Positions 48,827 through 58,964 of a DNA stretch of 64,000 bases are shown piece by piece; the stretch's first letter is position 1, and the number at the start of each line of letters is the position of its first letter. The stretch lies in the NCBI GenBank assembly GCA_937862905.1, contig CALMCL010000114.1, forward strand, positions 5,821 to 69,820, in the 5' to 3' direction. The DNA is from an uncultured Burkholderiaceae bacterium. GTDB taxonomy: Bacteria > Pseudomonadota > Gammaproteobacteria > Burkholderiales > Burkholderiaceae. The notes under the pieces are model-generated. The model did no database searches. It was not told the DNA's origin and was given only the letters and a program-made list of their open reading frames with translations. The position numbers and the translations under genes are program-made.

Positions 48827-49075
48827 GGGATGGCCAAAATGAAAGGAAAGTGTATTTTACAGGAGTTTTAAGGTTCTCTGCGTTTTTGCTGTGAGTGCGG
48901 TGTGGATGAAGGGCGTTTGATTCACATGGTTATTTGGAGCTTAGTGTTTCGGAGGGGATGTTGTTAAGAGGGGAATGATGTTGTGAAAAGTTTAGAGAAA
49001 ATCGCGTGTGCCCATTAATGTGTAATGCGCGTTTATCAGTTGCTTTGTCGTTTATTTATCAAATTGTCTTTATCA

Positions 49076-49111
49076 AATAACAACAGCCCCAAAAATGGGG
49101 CTGTTGTTATT
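49076..49111 (-). terminator. Hairpin at the rppH 3' end
   Basis: AATAACAACAGCCCCA-AAAA-TGGGGCTGTTGTTATT. Confidence 0.65.
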
Positions 49112-49652
49112 TTGGCTGAAACAGTTTGTCGGGAGTGGATAGAATGCTGGATGTTTTTGAGTGTGTGCCCAAAGCACGGTTTTGAAACAGCAGCCGTGCA
49201 AGTTCCTCAAGCGCTTGTTGATACACATCGCGTTTGAAGTCAATCACATCCTCAAGGGGGATCCAATAGTCATTCCAGCGCCAAGCATCAAACTCGGGAT
49301 GAGTGCTGGCACGTAAGTTGACGTGGTGATCGCGACCCACCATTCGGAGCAAAAACCAAATTTGCTTTTGCCCTTTGTAGTGGTTGCGAAAATCGCGTTT
49401 GACCCAGCGGGTCGGCACATCGTAACGCAGCCAATTGCGGGTGCGACCGATGATTTTAACGTGCTCAGGAAGCAGTCCTGTCTCCTCATATAACTCACGC
49501 AGCATGGCTTGTTCGGGGTTTTCACCGTGAGCGATGCCGCCTTGTGGGAATTGCCACGAGTGCTCGCGGATGCGCTTTCCCCAAAAAACCTGATTGCGTG
49601 AATTGACCAAGATGATGCCGACATTCGGGCGATAACCTTCTTTGTCGAGCAT
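49107..49652 (-). CDS. rppH: RNA pyrophosphohydrolase RppH
   Basis: [15 protein letters not shown], Nudix WQFPQGGI...[27 protein letters not shown]. Start ATG 49652. Confidence 0.96.
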   Translation of the reverse strand: MLDKEGYRPNVGIILVNSRNQVFWGKRIREHSWQFPQGGIAHGENPEQAMLRELYEETGLLPEHVKIIGRTRNWLRYDVPTRWVKRDFRNHYKGQKQIWFLLRMVGRDHHVNLRASTHPEFDAWRWNDYWIPLEDVIDFKRDVYQQALEELARLLFQNRALGTHSKTSSILSTPDKLFQPK

Positions 49653-49769
49653 TTTTTCCTCAATAAATGATTTACAATAGCGCAATTATAACGCAGCGCA
49701 AAAGCAACAACCGAGTTTTTTCATGCGTGAGGTCAATCTTTTTATTTAATTTTTACAAGTGAATGTGTC

Positions 49770-51512
49770 ATGAAAGCCAGTCAGTTTTTCATCAGTACCC
49801 TTAAAGAAGCCCCTGCCGAAGCAGAAATCATCAGCCATCAGCTCATGATGCGTGCTGGTCTCATTAAGCGCATCGGCAGCGGGATTTATACCTATATGCC
49901 AATGGGTTTACGCAGTGTGCGCAAGGTGGAGCAGATCGTCCGTGAGGAGATGAACAAGGCGGGTGCGATGGAGTTGCTCATGCCTGCGGTGCAGCCTGCT
50001 GAGTTGTGGCAAGAATCAGGGCGTTGGGAGCAATATGGCCCAGAACTCTTGCGCTTTAAGGATCGTCATGGCCGTGATTTTGTGGTGGGTCCGACGCATG
50101 AAGAGGTCATCACCGATTTGGCGCGTCGCGATATTAAAAGTTATAAACAGTTGCCTGTGAACTGGTACCAGATTCAAGCCAAATTCCGCGATGAAATCCG
50201 CCCACGTTTTGGCGTCATGCGCGGTCGCGAATTCATCATGAAAGATGCGTACTCGTTCGACAAAGACGAAGCGGGCATGGTCAAATCGTATGACAAGATG
50301 TACGCCGCGTACACCGCCATTTTCACACGTTTGGGCTTGAATTTCCGTGCGGTGGCTGCGGACAATGGTTCAATCGGTGGTTCAGGTTCACATGAGTTTC
50401 ACGTCATTGCTGAAACAGGCGAAGATGACATCGTGTACAACCCAAGCAGTGACTATGCTGCGAACATTGAAGCGGCAGAGGCCGTGAGCATGTTGGCTGA
50501 ACGTGCCGCTGCCACACAAACGATGTTGAAAACAGCCACACCCAACTGTGGGAAATGTGAAGAGGTGGCTCAATTTTTAAACATCCCATTGATCCGCAAT
50601 GTGAAATCCATCGTGTTGGCGGTGGATCATGAAAATGAAGCGGGTGAATTGAGTGTGCAAGTGGTGTTGGTGTTGGTGCGTGCCGATCACAGTTTGAATG
50701 AAGTGAAGTTGTCAAAAATTGATGGCCTGAGCACAACCCGCATGGCGACTGAAGCTGAAATCGCGATGGCGTTCAATACCACGCCTGGTTACATTGGTCC
50801 TGTTGCCACTGCGCAAAAAGTACGTGTTGTCGCGGATAAAACCGTGGCAAACATGAGTGACTTTGTGTGTGGTGCGAATGACGTTGATTTCCACTATGTG
50901 GGTGTGAATTGGGGGCGTGATTTACCTGAACCAGACGTCATTGCAGACGTGCGCAATGTGGTGGCGGGCGATCCTGCCCCCGATGGCAATGGCACGGTGG
51001 ACATTTGTCGTGGCATCGAGGTTGGACATGTGTTTCAATTGGGCACGAAATATTCTGAAGCCATGAAAGCCACATTCTTGGATGAAAATGGTAAACCGCA
51101 GCCGCTCGTGATGGGTTGTTATGGCATCGGTGTGACCCGTATTTTGGGCGCAGCGATTGAGCAGAACTTTGATGCGCGCGGGATTGTGTGGCCTGCTGCA
51201 ATTGCACCTTTCCAAGTGGTGATTTGTCCCGTCGGTGCGGACAAAAACGAGCAAGTGCGCGATGAGTCACAAAAATTATACGAGACCTTGCTGCAAGCGG
51301 GCGTGGATGTGATTTTGGATGACCGTGGCGAGCGCCCAGGTTCGATGTTTGCGGATTGGGAGTTGATCGGTGTGCCACACCGTGTGACCATTGGTGATCG
51401 CGGCCTGAAAGAAGATGGCATGGTTGAATACCGTGGCCGTGGCGATGATGCGGCCACCAAATTTGTGCCTGCAGATGTGGCTGCGCATGTGTTGGCACAG
51501 CTGAACGTTTAA
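49770..51512 (+). CDS. proS: Proline--tRNA ligase (with INS editing domain)
   Basis: [64 protein letters not shown]. Confidence 0.98.
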   Translation: MKASQFFISTLKEAPAEAEIISHQLMMRAGLIKRIGSGIYTYMPMGLRSVRKVEQIVREEMNKAGAMELLMPAVQPAELWQESGRWEQYGPELLRFKDRHGRDFVVGPTHEEVITDLARRDIKSYKQLPVNWYQIQAKFRDEIRPRFGVMRGREFIMKDAYSFDKDEAGMVKSYDKMYAAYTAIFTRLGLNFRAVAADNGSIGGSGSHEFHVIAETGEDDIVYNPSSDYAANIEAAEAVSMLAERAAATQTMLKTATPNCGKCEEVAQFLNIPLIRNVKSIVLAVDHENEAGELSVQVVLVLVRADHSLNEVKLSKIDGLSTTRMATEAEIAMAFNTTPGYIGPVATAQKVRVVADKTVANMSDFVCGANDVDFHYVGVNWGRDLPEPDVIADVRNVVAGDPAPDGNGTVDICRGIEVGHVFQLGTKYSEAMKATFLDENGKPQPLVMGCYGIGVTRILGAAIEQNFDARGIVWPAAIAPFQVVICPVGADKNEQVRDESQKLYETLLQAGVDVILDDRGERPGSMFADWELIGVPHRVTIGDRGLKEDGMVEYRGRGDDAATKFVPADVAAHVLAQLNV

Positions 51513-51519
51513 TCGCCCC

Positions 51520-52125
51520 ATGACAGTGCGGTTCAATGTATGGCGATGTGGATTGGCACTGGCGTTGGCTGGTGTCAGTGGCATTGCTGGTGCTGGACAG
51601 CAGTCTGAGGAGCGGTTGGCAGACAGTGTGCGTGTGTTGTTGCGTCAAGCGGTGTCAGCAGGGTTGCCCGAGTTGCGTCCTTTTACTTCGCGCGACGATG
51701 AAACGCGTTTTTATCTTTGGCGACGCGTCATGAGCGAACGCATTGTGGCGCATGTGCCTTCCGAATATCAACGGTTGGCCATCCTCAATGCGGTGGATTA
51801 CGAGGCGCGCCGAGCGGGACTTGAGCCTGCGCTGGTGTTGGGCGTCATTTACGTTGAGAGCCGCTTTAATCCGAGCGCAAGCAGCCCTGTGGGTGCACGC
51901 GGTTTGATGCAAGTGATGCCGTTTTGGGCAAAAACCATTGGTGATGGCAATGCCAAGAATTTGTATCACATGCGCATCAATGTGCGGTTCGGTTGTGTGA
52001 TTTTACGGCATTACCTTGACCGTGAAAATGGTGACGTGGTGCGTGCTTTGGCGCGTTACAATGGCAGCCTTGGGCAGACAGATTACGCTTACAGCGTCTT
52101 GCGCGCATCGTTTAAATACAGGTAA
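51520..52125 (+). CDS. Lytic transglycosylase (SLT domain)
   Basis: VIYVESRF, GARGLMQVMPFW, ALARYNGS. Confidence 0.9.
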   Translation: MTVRFNVWRCGLALALAGVSGIAGAGQQSEERLADSVRVLLRQAVSAGLPELRPFTSRDDETRFYLWRRVMSERIVAHVPSEYQRLAILNAVDYEARRAGLEPALVLGVIYVESRFNPSASSPVGARGLMQVMPFWAKTIGDGNAKNLYHMRINVRFGCVILRHYLDRENGDVVRALARYNGSLGQTDYAYSVLRASFKYR

Positions 52126-52185
52126 TTAATTGCGCATGGTTTGTCCGATTGTCAGATAAATATAATAAATTGAAGGATTGTTCAC

Positions 52186-52791
52186 ATGGATTACAACTTT
52201 GTTTCAGCGGCCGTGCTGCTGTTTTTGGTGATAGACCCATTGGGTAATATTCCTTTGTTCAGTGGTGTGCTTAAAGACATTCCGATTAAGCGGCGCAAGG
52301 TGATTGTGTTGCGGGAGTCTGTTTTTTCGTTTTTTATTTTGTTGGCGTTTATGATCGGTGGTAAAGGTTTCTTGCGTGGCATGCATTTGACACAATGGTC
52401 GATGCAAATCGCAGGTGCCATCGTGTTGTTTTTGATTGCTGTGCGCATGATTTTCCCCACAGAAGGTGGCATTATGGGCATCACCCAGCAGGATCATGAG
52501 CCGTTCATTGTGCCGTTGTCGATTCCAGGGATGGCGGGGCCTTCATCTATGGCGACGGTGATGCTGTTGTCATCCGAAGCGCCCGAACGCATGTTGGAGT
52601 GGATCAGTGCGTTGGCTGTGGTGATGTTTGGTACAGGTGTGTTGTTGTACTATGCCGATTGGATTCAACGCAAGTTGGGGCACAGCTTTACGGTGGCGAT
52701 GGAGCGTTTGATGGGGATGATTTTGGTCGCCGTGTCGGTGCAGATGCTGTTGACTGGCGTGTATGATTATTACAAAACGTTGCCAGTTTAA
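52186..52791 (+). CDS. MarC family membrane protein
   Basis: LFLVIDPLGNIP, FIVPLSIP..AGPS, ERLMG.IL. Confidence 0.92.
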   Translation: MDYNFVSAAVLLFLVIDPLGNIPLFSGVLKDIPIKRRKVIVLRESVFSFFILLAFMIGGKGFLRGMHLTQWSMQIAGAIVLFLIAVRMIFPTEGGIMGITQQDHEPFIVPLSIPGMAGPSSMATVMLLSSEAPERMLEWISALAVVMFGTGVLLYYADWIQRKLGHSFTVAMERLMGMILVAVSVQMLLTGVYDYYKTLPV

Positions 52792-52992
52792 GCCTTTTAA
52801 ACAATAAACCCCTATTTTTTGAGCATTTAAAGTGGGGTGCGGGGCTTGCATCACATTTAAATATTTGAATACAGACAGCATGCAATCACAATGAAATCGC
52901 CGGTACATGAAGCTGTGGTTTGAGTGGGTTCTTTTCCCATATTGCTTTGCTGATGGGATTGGCTGATGAGATTGATTTGTTTGTGTTCGTTA

Positions 52993-53020
52993 AAAACGCC
53001 ATGCAATTGCATGGCGTTTT
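52993..53020. terminator. Palindromic terminator between marC-like and dsbC-like genes
   Basis: AAAACGCCATGCAATTGCATGGCGTTTT, perfect 28-bp palindrome. Confidence 0.7.
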
Positions 53021-53075
53021 GTTTTGAACCGTTGCATTTTCTAATGGAATCGCTTGGTTTTTGACAAAGCGAACC

Positions 53076-53879
53076 TTATTTTTGCGATGCTTTAATCAAC
53101 AGACTTTGAAACTCTTCTTCTGCTACAGCACCTGGTGCGCGAGAGCCATTCTCGAAGAAAATGGTGGGCGTGCCTGTGACCCCAAGCTCTGCTGCAAGTT
53201 TGCGGTTTTTATCCAAAACACGGGTGTCGCAGTCGGTGCTGTCTTCGGGTGGTTTGCCGTGCAACATCCAGTTGTCCCATGCATGGGCTGGGTCTTTGGT
53301 GCACAGTAATTTTTTTGCTTTGGCTGTTGAGTCATCGCCCAGAATGTCGATGACAAAGGTGTGCACGGTGATGTTGTTGGTTTTTTCTAAAGTTTTACGA
53401 AATAGTTTGCAATAGCCGCAGTTTGGGTCTTCGAAAATTGCAATGTGGCGACTGCCGTCACCTTTAACCAAGGCAAAACTTTGTGCCAATGGCAATGATT
53501 TGAAATCAATCGTTGCCAATTCGTCGGCGCGCTCTTGAGTCAAGTTGCGCATGTCTTGCGTGCTGATGAGGTGGCCGACCATGACAAATTCGGTGGCGGC
53601 GTTGGTGTAAACCAATTCCTTGTTGTTGAGCTGCAATTCATACAGGTCTTTGAAGGGCATTTGGCGAATGGCTTTAACTTTTGAGTTTTCAAATTTTAAC
53701 TCAAATGCGTTTTTAATCGCGGTCAGCTCAGGCGAGATTGCGGTTGACGCTTCTGTTTTTGACGTCTTATTGGAGGGCGTTTGGGTTTTCGCTTGAGCCG
53801 TCACGGACAGGCCAAAGCCGACACCGAGTGCGGCCATGATGGCAATGGCCGCAGCTGTGCGCCAAGGGGTTTTTGACAT
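53076..53879 (-). CDS. dsbC: Disulfide isomerase DsbC family protein
   Basis: Signal peptide, DsbC N-terminal domain, FEDPNCGYCK, GVTGTPTIFF.NG.R.PGA. Start ATG 53879. Confidence 0.85.
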   Translation of the reverse strand: MSKTPWRTAAAIAIMAALGVGFGLSVTAQAKTQTPSNKTSKTEASTAISPELTAIKNAFELKFENSKVKAIRQMPFKDLYELQLNNKELVYTNAATEFVMVGHLISTQDMRNLTQERADELATIDFKSLPLAQSFALVKGDGSRHIAIFEDPNCGYCKLFRKTLEKTNNITVHTFVIDILGDDSTAKAKKLLCTKDPAHAWDNWMLHGKPPEDSTDCDTRVLDKNRKLAAELGVTGTPTIFFENGSRAPGAVAEEEFQSLLIKASQK

Positions 53880-53954
53880 GGTGTTCTCGTCTTGAGTGGG
53901 CGCAGAAAAAGGGTCGCGCGCTGGGTTGTTTGAAAGATACAGCATTGTACCCTT

Positions 53955-55160
53955 TTATGGTGTGTCAGTTGTTTGTTGACCCATGGCGGCTTGGATCAGC
54001 TTGCGTTTAAGCGGAGGGGCGGCATCAAGCAGGCTCATGCCCACATTGCGCGCGTGGCGTGCAATCGGATGGGGTGATTGAAACAGGCGGTTGAGCGCAT
54101 GTGTGACGCCTTGCATTTCCATTGTGGGTGCGAGGCGGGCTCGCTCATAACGGCGTAACAGCACTGGGTCATTGATGGCTCGATGGGACTTACGTTGTGT
54201 CATCAAATCCAACCATGTGCTGAGGTCTTGTAAGCCGAGGTTTAAGCCTTGACCCGCAAGTGGGTGCACTGTGTGTGCGGCATCGCCAATTAGCAGGGTG
54301 TGTGGTGCAATGAATTTATTGGCGAGCATGCGTTTGAGTGGGAAGGCTTGTGCGGTGGTGAGAGGTGTCAGCGCGCCCAGTGTGTTGTGTGACAATTCAC
54401 GCACGTGTTGTGCCAGCTCCACATCGTTCATCGACATGATGTGTGTTGAGACAGGGGTTGTGCATGAGTAAACCATTGACGCACATTGATTAGGCAGTGG
54501 CAATAAAGCAAGCACATCGCCATTGTTAAAAAACCATTGATGGGCGCAATTGAAATGTGGTCTTTCACATGCAAAATTCGCCACCACACCATGTTGTTCA
54601 TAATCAAAAAAAGTGTGTTCGATGTGATGCGCTTGGCGTGCCCATGAGTTCGCTCCGTCCGCCCCCACCAGTAACGGCGCGGACAATACATCACCTGTGA
54701 GGGTGGTGATGTCAATGCCATGTTCGCGCACATGAAGGGTGGCGGCATTGGTGCGAAATGCGGTGAGGTTGGGTACAAAACGTAACGCCATTTGAAGGGC
54801 TTTTTGAATGTTGTTTTGTTCAACAATCCAAGCCAGTTCGGTCATGTTTGTGTCGTACGCGCTGAAATGAAGACTCCCCCCCAAGCCCGATTTGGATTGA
54901 GCCGAGTCGCCCATGACGCACATGTCGGATACCGAGCACATGCGTGTTGCGTCCAGCGCATCCCACACGCGCAGCCGCTTCAATAAAGCCACATTGGGAT
55001 TGGATAAAGCGTAAATGCGCGCATCGAATGCGTCGCCCAGTGATACAGGCGCATCCAGGCAAACGTGAGCCACGCGAACCCCAGCTTGTGCCAAACCGAG
55101 CGCACTTGCATTGCCTGCTACGCCGCCACCGACGACGATGGCATCAAATTGAGTTTGCAT
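53955..55160 (-). CDS. UbiH/UbiF-family FAD-dependent hydroxylase
   Basis: VGGGVAG, DARIYALS, LLVGADGANS, LIGDAAHTVHPLAGQGLNLG, YERAR. Confidence 0.9.
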   Translation of the reverse strand: MQTQFDAIVVGGGVAGNASALGLAQAGVRVAHVCLDAPVSLGDAFDARIYALSNPNVALLKRLRVWDALDATRMCSVSDMCVMGDSAQSKSGLGGSLHFSAYDTNMTELAWIVEQNNIQKALQMALRFVPNLTAFRTNAATLHVREHGIDITTLTGDVLSAPLLVGADGANSWARQAHHIEHTFFDYEQHGVVANFACERPHFNCAHQWFFNNGDVLALLPLPNQCASMVYSCTTPVSTHIMSMNDVELAQHVRELSHNTLGALTPLTTAQAFPLKRMLANKFIAPHTLLIGDAAHTVHPLAGQGLNLGLQDLSTWLDLMTQRKSHRAINDPVLLRRYERARLAPTMEMQGVTHALNRLFQSPHPIARHARNVGMSLLDAAPPLKRKLIQAAMGQQTTDTP

Positions 55161-55330
55161 AAATGATCTTTATAGTGTGAAACATGAATGGCGTATTATA
55201 AAAGACGCGCGCACTGTGTGCTTGTACTTGTGAGGGTTCCTTTGAGTTCGCATGGACGTGCGCCATGAAACCATGTATGATGCGCAGGTTGAATGACTAA
55301 AATAAGAAAATCAACATTTTCAATGTTGTT

Positions 55331-55406
55331 GCGCCCGTAGCTCAGTGGATAGAGTATTGGCCTCCGAAGCCAAGGGTCGCTGGTTCGATTCCAGCCGGGC
55401 GCGCCA
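55331..55406 (+). tRNA. tRNA-Arg (anticodon CCG)
   Basis: 76-nt cloverleaf: acceptor GCGCCCG/CGGGCGC, anticodon arm TTGGC-CTCCGAA-GCCAA, T-arm GCTGG-TTCGATT-CCAGC, encoded CCA. Confidence 0.97.
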
Positions 55407-55427
55407 TGTATCAAAGATCAAACCAAA

Positions 55428-55590
55428 TCAAACAATGCGAAACAGTGTCAAAAACAAACAAAACACCTGTATTTTCAATGGCTTGGTAGTGTCTTTGCTT
55501 GCTCAAACAATGCCAAAGAGTGCCACGCCAAATTAGACATTATTAATGCATTAATGGTATCTGTAAATGGTACTCGTAAAAAATACCATT
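55428..55590. repeat. att-like repeats behind tRNA-Arg (23-bp direct repeat pair and AATGGTAY triad)
   Basis: TCAAACAATGC(G/C)AAA(C/G)AGTG(T/C)CA at 55428 and 55503 (20/23). AATGGTAT at 55553, AATGGTAC at 55566, inverted ATACCATT at 55583. Confidence 0.65.
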
Positions 55591-56228
55591 GGGAGTAGGG
55601 TTCCGATTTAAATGCATGTAAGTTTTGGCCTATGGCATTTGCTTACATGGCAAATGGTCGACGGTACTGCGAAATCAATAAACCAATAGGGCTGAGCTGG
55701 TCAAGACTTTGATGCGCTCCATGCGCAGCGCGACTGCAGCAGGTCTTGAATCGGTCCCGTGTTTTTTGCCCCGTTGCGATTTGATTTGCAATGCCCAATT
55801 CCTTATTGGTGAGCCATTTGTATAGAGGTATTTGTTGCTCAAATATTAGCCGTTTTACTTCGTGTTCGACGATGAATTGGCGTAACGGATGTGCTTTATG
55901 CGGTGCTCAGATCCCATTCAACGCCTCTTTGTTTATAAAAAACCATTCAAAAACAGCGTTTTGCGCAACAACGTGACCATAGTGTGGTTTTTTGAACAAA
56001 GTTGAATGAAGCGGCTTTGCTCTTTATGAAAAAGCTGTGAATAAAATATTGCAATACCACACAATTGGAGTATGATGCAAATAATTTAAGAAATTAAATG
56101 AATGTGTCGCTTTTTTTCCTCGGTTTATGTCTTTTGTATTTAAAATCGTAAGGGGTATGTGGCCGCACTGTTTCTTAATGATGCTTTTATAAACGTGTAA
56201 AATCTCTCTAAACACAAAGGAGCGGTAA

Positions 56229-56972
56229 ATGGCCGTAGCAAAAAAAGCAGCACCTACAACAAAGAAAGCGGTGGCCAAGCCCGCCGCTAAATCCCCCGCC
56301 AAAGCAACCGCAACAAAAGTGGCTGCAACAAAAGCAGTGGTTAAAACCGCTGCTGAGCCTGTTAAAAAAGTGGTTGCACAACCTGCGGTGAAAGCTACCG
56401 CTGCAAAAACGCCTGTCAAAGCAACTGCAGCCAAGTCCTCTCAAAGTACCGCGGTGGCTGCAAAGTCAAGTGCGAAATCTGCAGTTAAAACTGCAACGAA
56501 AGCACCCGCAAAACCAGTTGCAGAAGCTGTAACGAAAGCGCCTGCAAAGTCGGTCGCAAAAGCAGCTGAGAAGCCCGCAGTGCAAAAAGCAGAGAAAGCA
56601 ATTAAGGCCGATGCCAAGCCTGTTGCAAAAAAAGTTGCAGCAAAACCTGCGGCAAAAGCAGCGGTCAAGCCTGTTGTTGAGAAAAAGGTTATGGTGAAGC
56701 CAGCAGCCAAAGCCGCCGCTAAGCCCGCCGTTGCGGCAAAGGTGGTAAAAGCCGCAGCAAAAAAGCCTGAAGCGAAAGCAGCGGTGAAAGCCGAGGCCAA
56801 GACTGCGGCCAAACCGACTGCAAAAACCAGCACCAAGGCCGTGACCAAAGCAGTTGCCAAAACAGCAGCCAAAGCGCCCGCGAAGAAACCTGCTGCCGCT
56901 AAGCCTGTTGTTGAGCCACCTGCGGCGAAACCAGCAGCCATCTGGCCTTTCCCAATCACGCCGCGTCCATGA
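56229..56972 (+). CDS. Histone H1-like Ala/Lys/Pro-rich nucleoid protein
   Basis: Dense KPAAK/KAVAK repeats, C-terminal AAIWPFP, RBS AAGGAG. Confidence 0.85.
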   Translation: MAVAKKAAPTTKKAVAKPAAKSPAKATATKVAATKAVVKTAAEPVKKVVAQPAVKATAAKTPVKATAAKSSQSTAVAAKSSAKSAVKTATKAPAKPVAEAVTKAPAKSVAKAAEKPAVQKAEKAIKADAKPVAKKVAAKPAAKAAVKPVVEKKVMVKPAAKAAAKPAVAAKVVKAAAKKPEAKAAVKAEAKTAAKPTAKTSTKAVTKAVAKTAAKAPAKKPAAAKPVVEPPAAKPAAIWPFPITPRP

Positions 56973-57020
56973 TGGTGGAGGCAATGTGCATGTGTTTGCA
57001 TGTTGGGTCAGCATGATGCG

Positions 57021-57048
57021 AAACCTTTCCGACTGGAAAGGTTTTTTT
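57021..57048 (+). terminator. Intrinsic terminator after the H1-like gene
   Basis: AAACCTTTCC-GACT-GGAAAGGTTT-TTTT. Confidence 0.8.
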
Positions 57049-57117
57049 ATGGTGAGCGTGCTTGATAGGTGGGGCGATCGGTAGAGACGAATGCTCATGA
57101 AGACAAATGGATGAAGA

Positions 57118-57423
57118 ATGATTTATTTACAACAGCGTGGCGATGATGTGTGGCTGCATGTGCATGTCCAACCAGGTGCCAAACACACGGCTTGGGCTGG
57201 CGAGTACGGTGACCGAGTTAAAGTTCGGCTCTGCGCCCCCCCGGTGGAAGGGCGTGCAAATATCGCGTTAACAGCTTGGTTGGCTCAACAGTTTGGTTGT
57301 GTGGCGCGAAATGTCGTGGTTCTAAAAGGCGAGTTGTCTCGCACCAAAACAGTGTGTTTTTCAGGTATGGCTGGGCAATACGAGGAGATGAAGGATCGCA
57401 TTGCCCAAGTGTTAAGAGACTAA
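57118..57423 (+). CDS. DUF167/YggU family protein
   Basis: L.VHVQPGAK, KVRL.APPVEGRAN, LKGE.SR.K. Confidence 0.88.
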   Translation: MIYLQQRGDDVWLHVHVQPGAKHTAWAGEYGDRVKVRLCAPPVEGRANIALTAWLAQQFGCVARNVVVLKGELSRTKTVCFSGMAGQYEEMKDRIAQVLRD

Positions 57424-57474
57424 AAGAAACTTATGCAGCTGAAAGAGATATGGGGCTCGTCTGCTATACTCTGT

Positions 57475-57921
57475 TCACGCTTGCGCCGTGTCGATGATTT
57501 CAAAACTATGGGTCATATTGACTGAGTGTGCGAGCATGATGCTGGCGGAGCAATATTTCTCATGTGATAATTTGACTGCGCGTTCGACTGACGCTTCGCT
57601 TAATTTGTTGCCGCTCACCACAAAGTGAAAGTGAATGCTGGTGAAAACCTTGGGGTCTGTTTCTGCTCGTATCGCCGATAATTTCACAACGCAATCGCTG
57701 ACGGCTTGACGGCCTTTTTGTAATATCATCACAACATCAAATGCAGTGCAGCCGCCAGTGCCGATTAAAACCATTTCCATTGGGCGTGGCCCCAAATTTC
57801 GTCCGCCTGCTTCGGGTGCGCCATCCATCAGTACAGCATGGTTGGTGCCTGATTCGCCGATAAAGGACATGCCTGCTTGAGGGCCAACCCAGCGTACGGT
57901 GCATTCCATAACATTCTCCAA
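57475..57921 (-). CDS. OsmC-family protein (YhfA-like)
   Basis: DGAPEAGGRNLGPRPMEM..GTGGCTAFDV, LSHEKYCSAS. Confidence 0.92.
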   Translation of the reverse strand: MENVMECTVRWVGPQAGMSFIGESGTNHAVLMDGAPEAGGRNLGPRPMEMVLIGTGGCTAFDVVMILQKGRQAVSDCVVKLSAIRAETDPKVFTSIHFHFVVSGNKLSEASVERAVKLSHEKYCSASIMLAHSVNMTHSFEIIDTAQA

Positions 57922-58202
57922 TAAAAAGTAAGTGTGTGAGTCAGTTGATTATACCAGCGTATATCAGAGCATGGAAATGATGCGGTCACAATCGATTGAT
58001 TGGGTTGGAATAATTTGCAATGCAAGAAAGTGATGTTTTTTAACAACGCGAAAGGTCGCTAAATTTAGGTTTTTCAGAAGATAAGCGTGATTAAATTCTT
58101 ATTTTGTTGCGATAAATAGTAAAAGTATGGTTGATTTTTGTTTTTTTAGTATGACCGTGTTTTTATCTTGCAATGCACAAAAAAACCAGTATAATGAGAA
58201 CT

Positions 58203-58293
58203 GTTGGATGCGAAAGCGTTCTAAAGATTGTCTCCTCCACCCTCCTTTTGGTGGATTTATTGCCCAAGCAAATTTTGCTTGGGCTCTTTTTTT
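58203..58293 (+). ncRNA. Betaproteobacteria toxic-sRNA-like small RNA
   Basis: TTGCAA-16-TATAAT promoter (58168-58195), GAAA-tetraloop hairpin, core TTGTCTCCTCCACCCTCCTTTTGGTGGATT, terminator GCCCAAGCA/TGCTTGGGC plus T7. Resembles the Burkholderiales anti-SD sRNA family as I recall it. Confidence 0.72.
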
Positions 58294-58399
58294 GCCTATT
58301 TGGATTTGATGCTAACCGACAAAGTGAGCGGATTGTTTTTTCGACTGCGTTGAAAATGTATTAAAAAAGTTCAGCAGTCAGGTGGTTGAGCTTAAGTTC

Positions 58400-58428
58400 T
58401 TGACTTTAAGGGCATAAGTGTCGATAAT
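58400..58428 (+). promoter_or_regulatory. sigma70 promoter of rplM-rpsI
   Basis: TTGACT-17 nt-GATAAT. Confidence 0.75.
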
Positions 58429-58529
58429 GTTCGGCTAGCCCATAGTAGCTCGCATCGGGAGAGGCCGCAGGCATAAGCGGTGAGGCGTGGTGAGCATGGT
58501 TTTTTAAATTGTGATGAATGGAAATAGTC

Positions 58530-58958
58530 ATGAAAACTTTTTCAGCAAAACAACACGAAGTACAACACGACTGGTATGTCGTTGACGGTACGGATAAAGT
58601 GTTGGGTCGTGTAGCCAGTGAAGTTGCACGTCGTTTGCGTGGTAAGCATAAACCTGAGTTTACGCCACACGTGGACACGGGTGATTTTATCGTTGTCGTT
58701 AATGCGGACAAGCTCCGTGTAACGGGTGCGAAATTCGAAGATAAAAAATACTACCGTCATTCTGGTTATCCAGGTGGTATTTACGAAACAAACTTCCGTA
58801 AAATGCAAGAGCGTTTTCCGGGTCGTGCGTTAGAAAAAGCGGTCAAAGGCATGTTGCCTAAAGGTCCTTTGGGTTACGCGATGATCAAAAAATTGAAGAT
58901 CTATGCAGGCGCTGAACATCCGCATTCTGCACAGCAACCTCAAGTCTTGGACATTTAA
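58530..58958 (+). CDS. rplM: 50S ribosomal protein L13
   Basis: [43 protein letters not shown]. Confidence 0.98.
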   Translation: MKTFSAKQHEVQHDWYVVDGTDKVLGRVASEVARRLRGKHKPEFTPHVDTGDFIVVVNADKLRVTGAKFEDKKYYRHSGYPGGIYETNFRKMQERFPGRALEKAVKGMLPKGPLGYAMIKKLKIYAGAEHPHSAQQPQVLDI

Positions 58959-58964
58959 GGATAG

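Noticed and set aside
52792-53075. Possible sRNA in the marC-dsbC intergenic region
   Set aside because: It has hairpins and a terminator but no convincing promoter; the terminator is explained by the convergent genes.
56229-56972. Repetitive DNA as a possible CRISPR or tandem-repeat array
   Set aside because: The repeats are degenerate codon-level repeats inside one ORF; there is no repeat-spacer periodicity and no cas gene in the window.
56024-57098. Long antisense ORFs (136, 186, 210 aa) over and near the H1-like gene
   Set aside because: Shadows of the low-complexity AKP repeats, which lack stops on the opposite strand; no RBS and no recognisable family.
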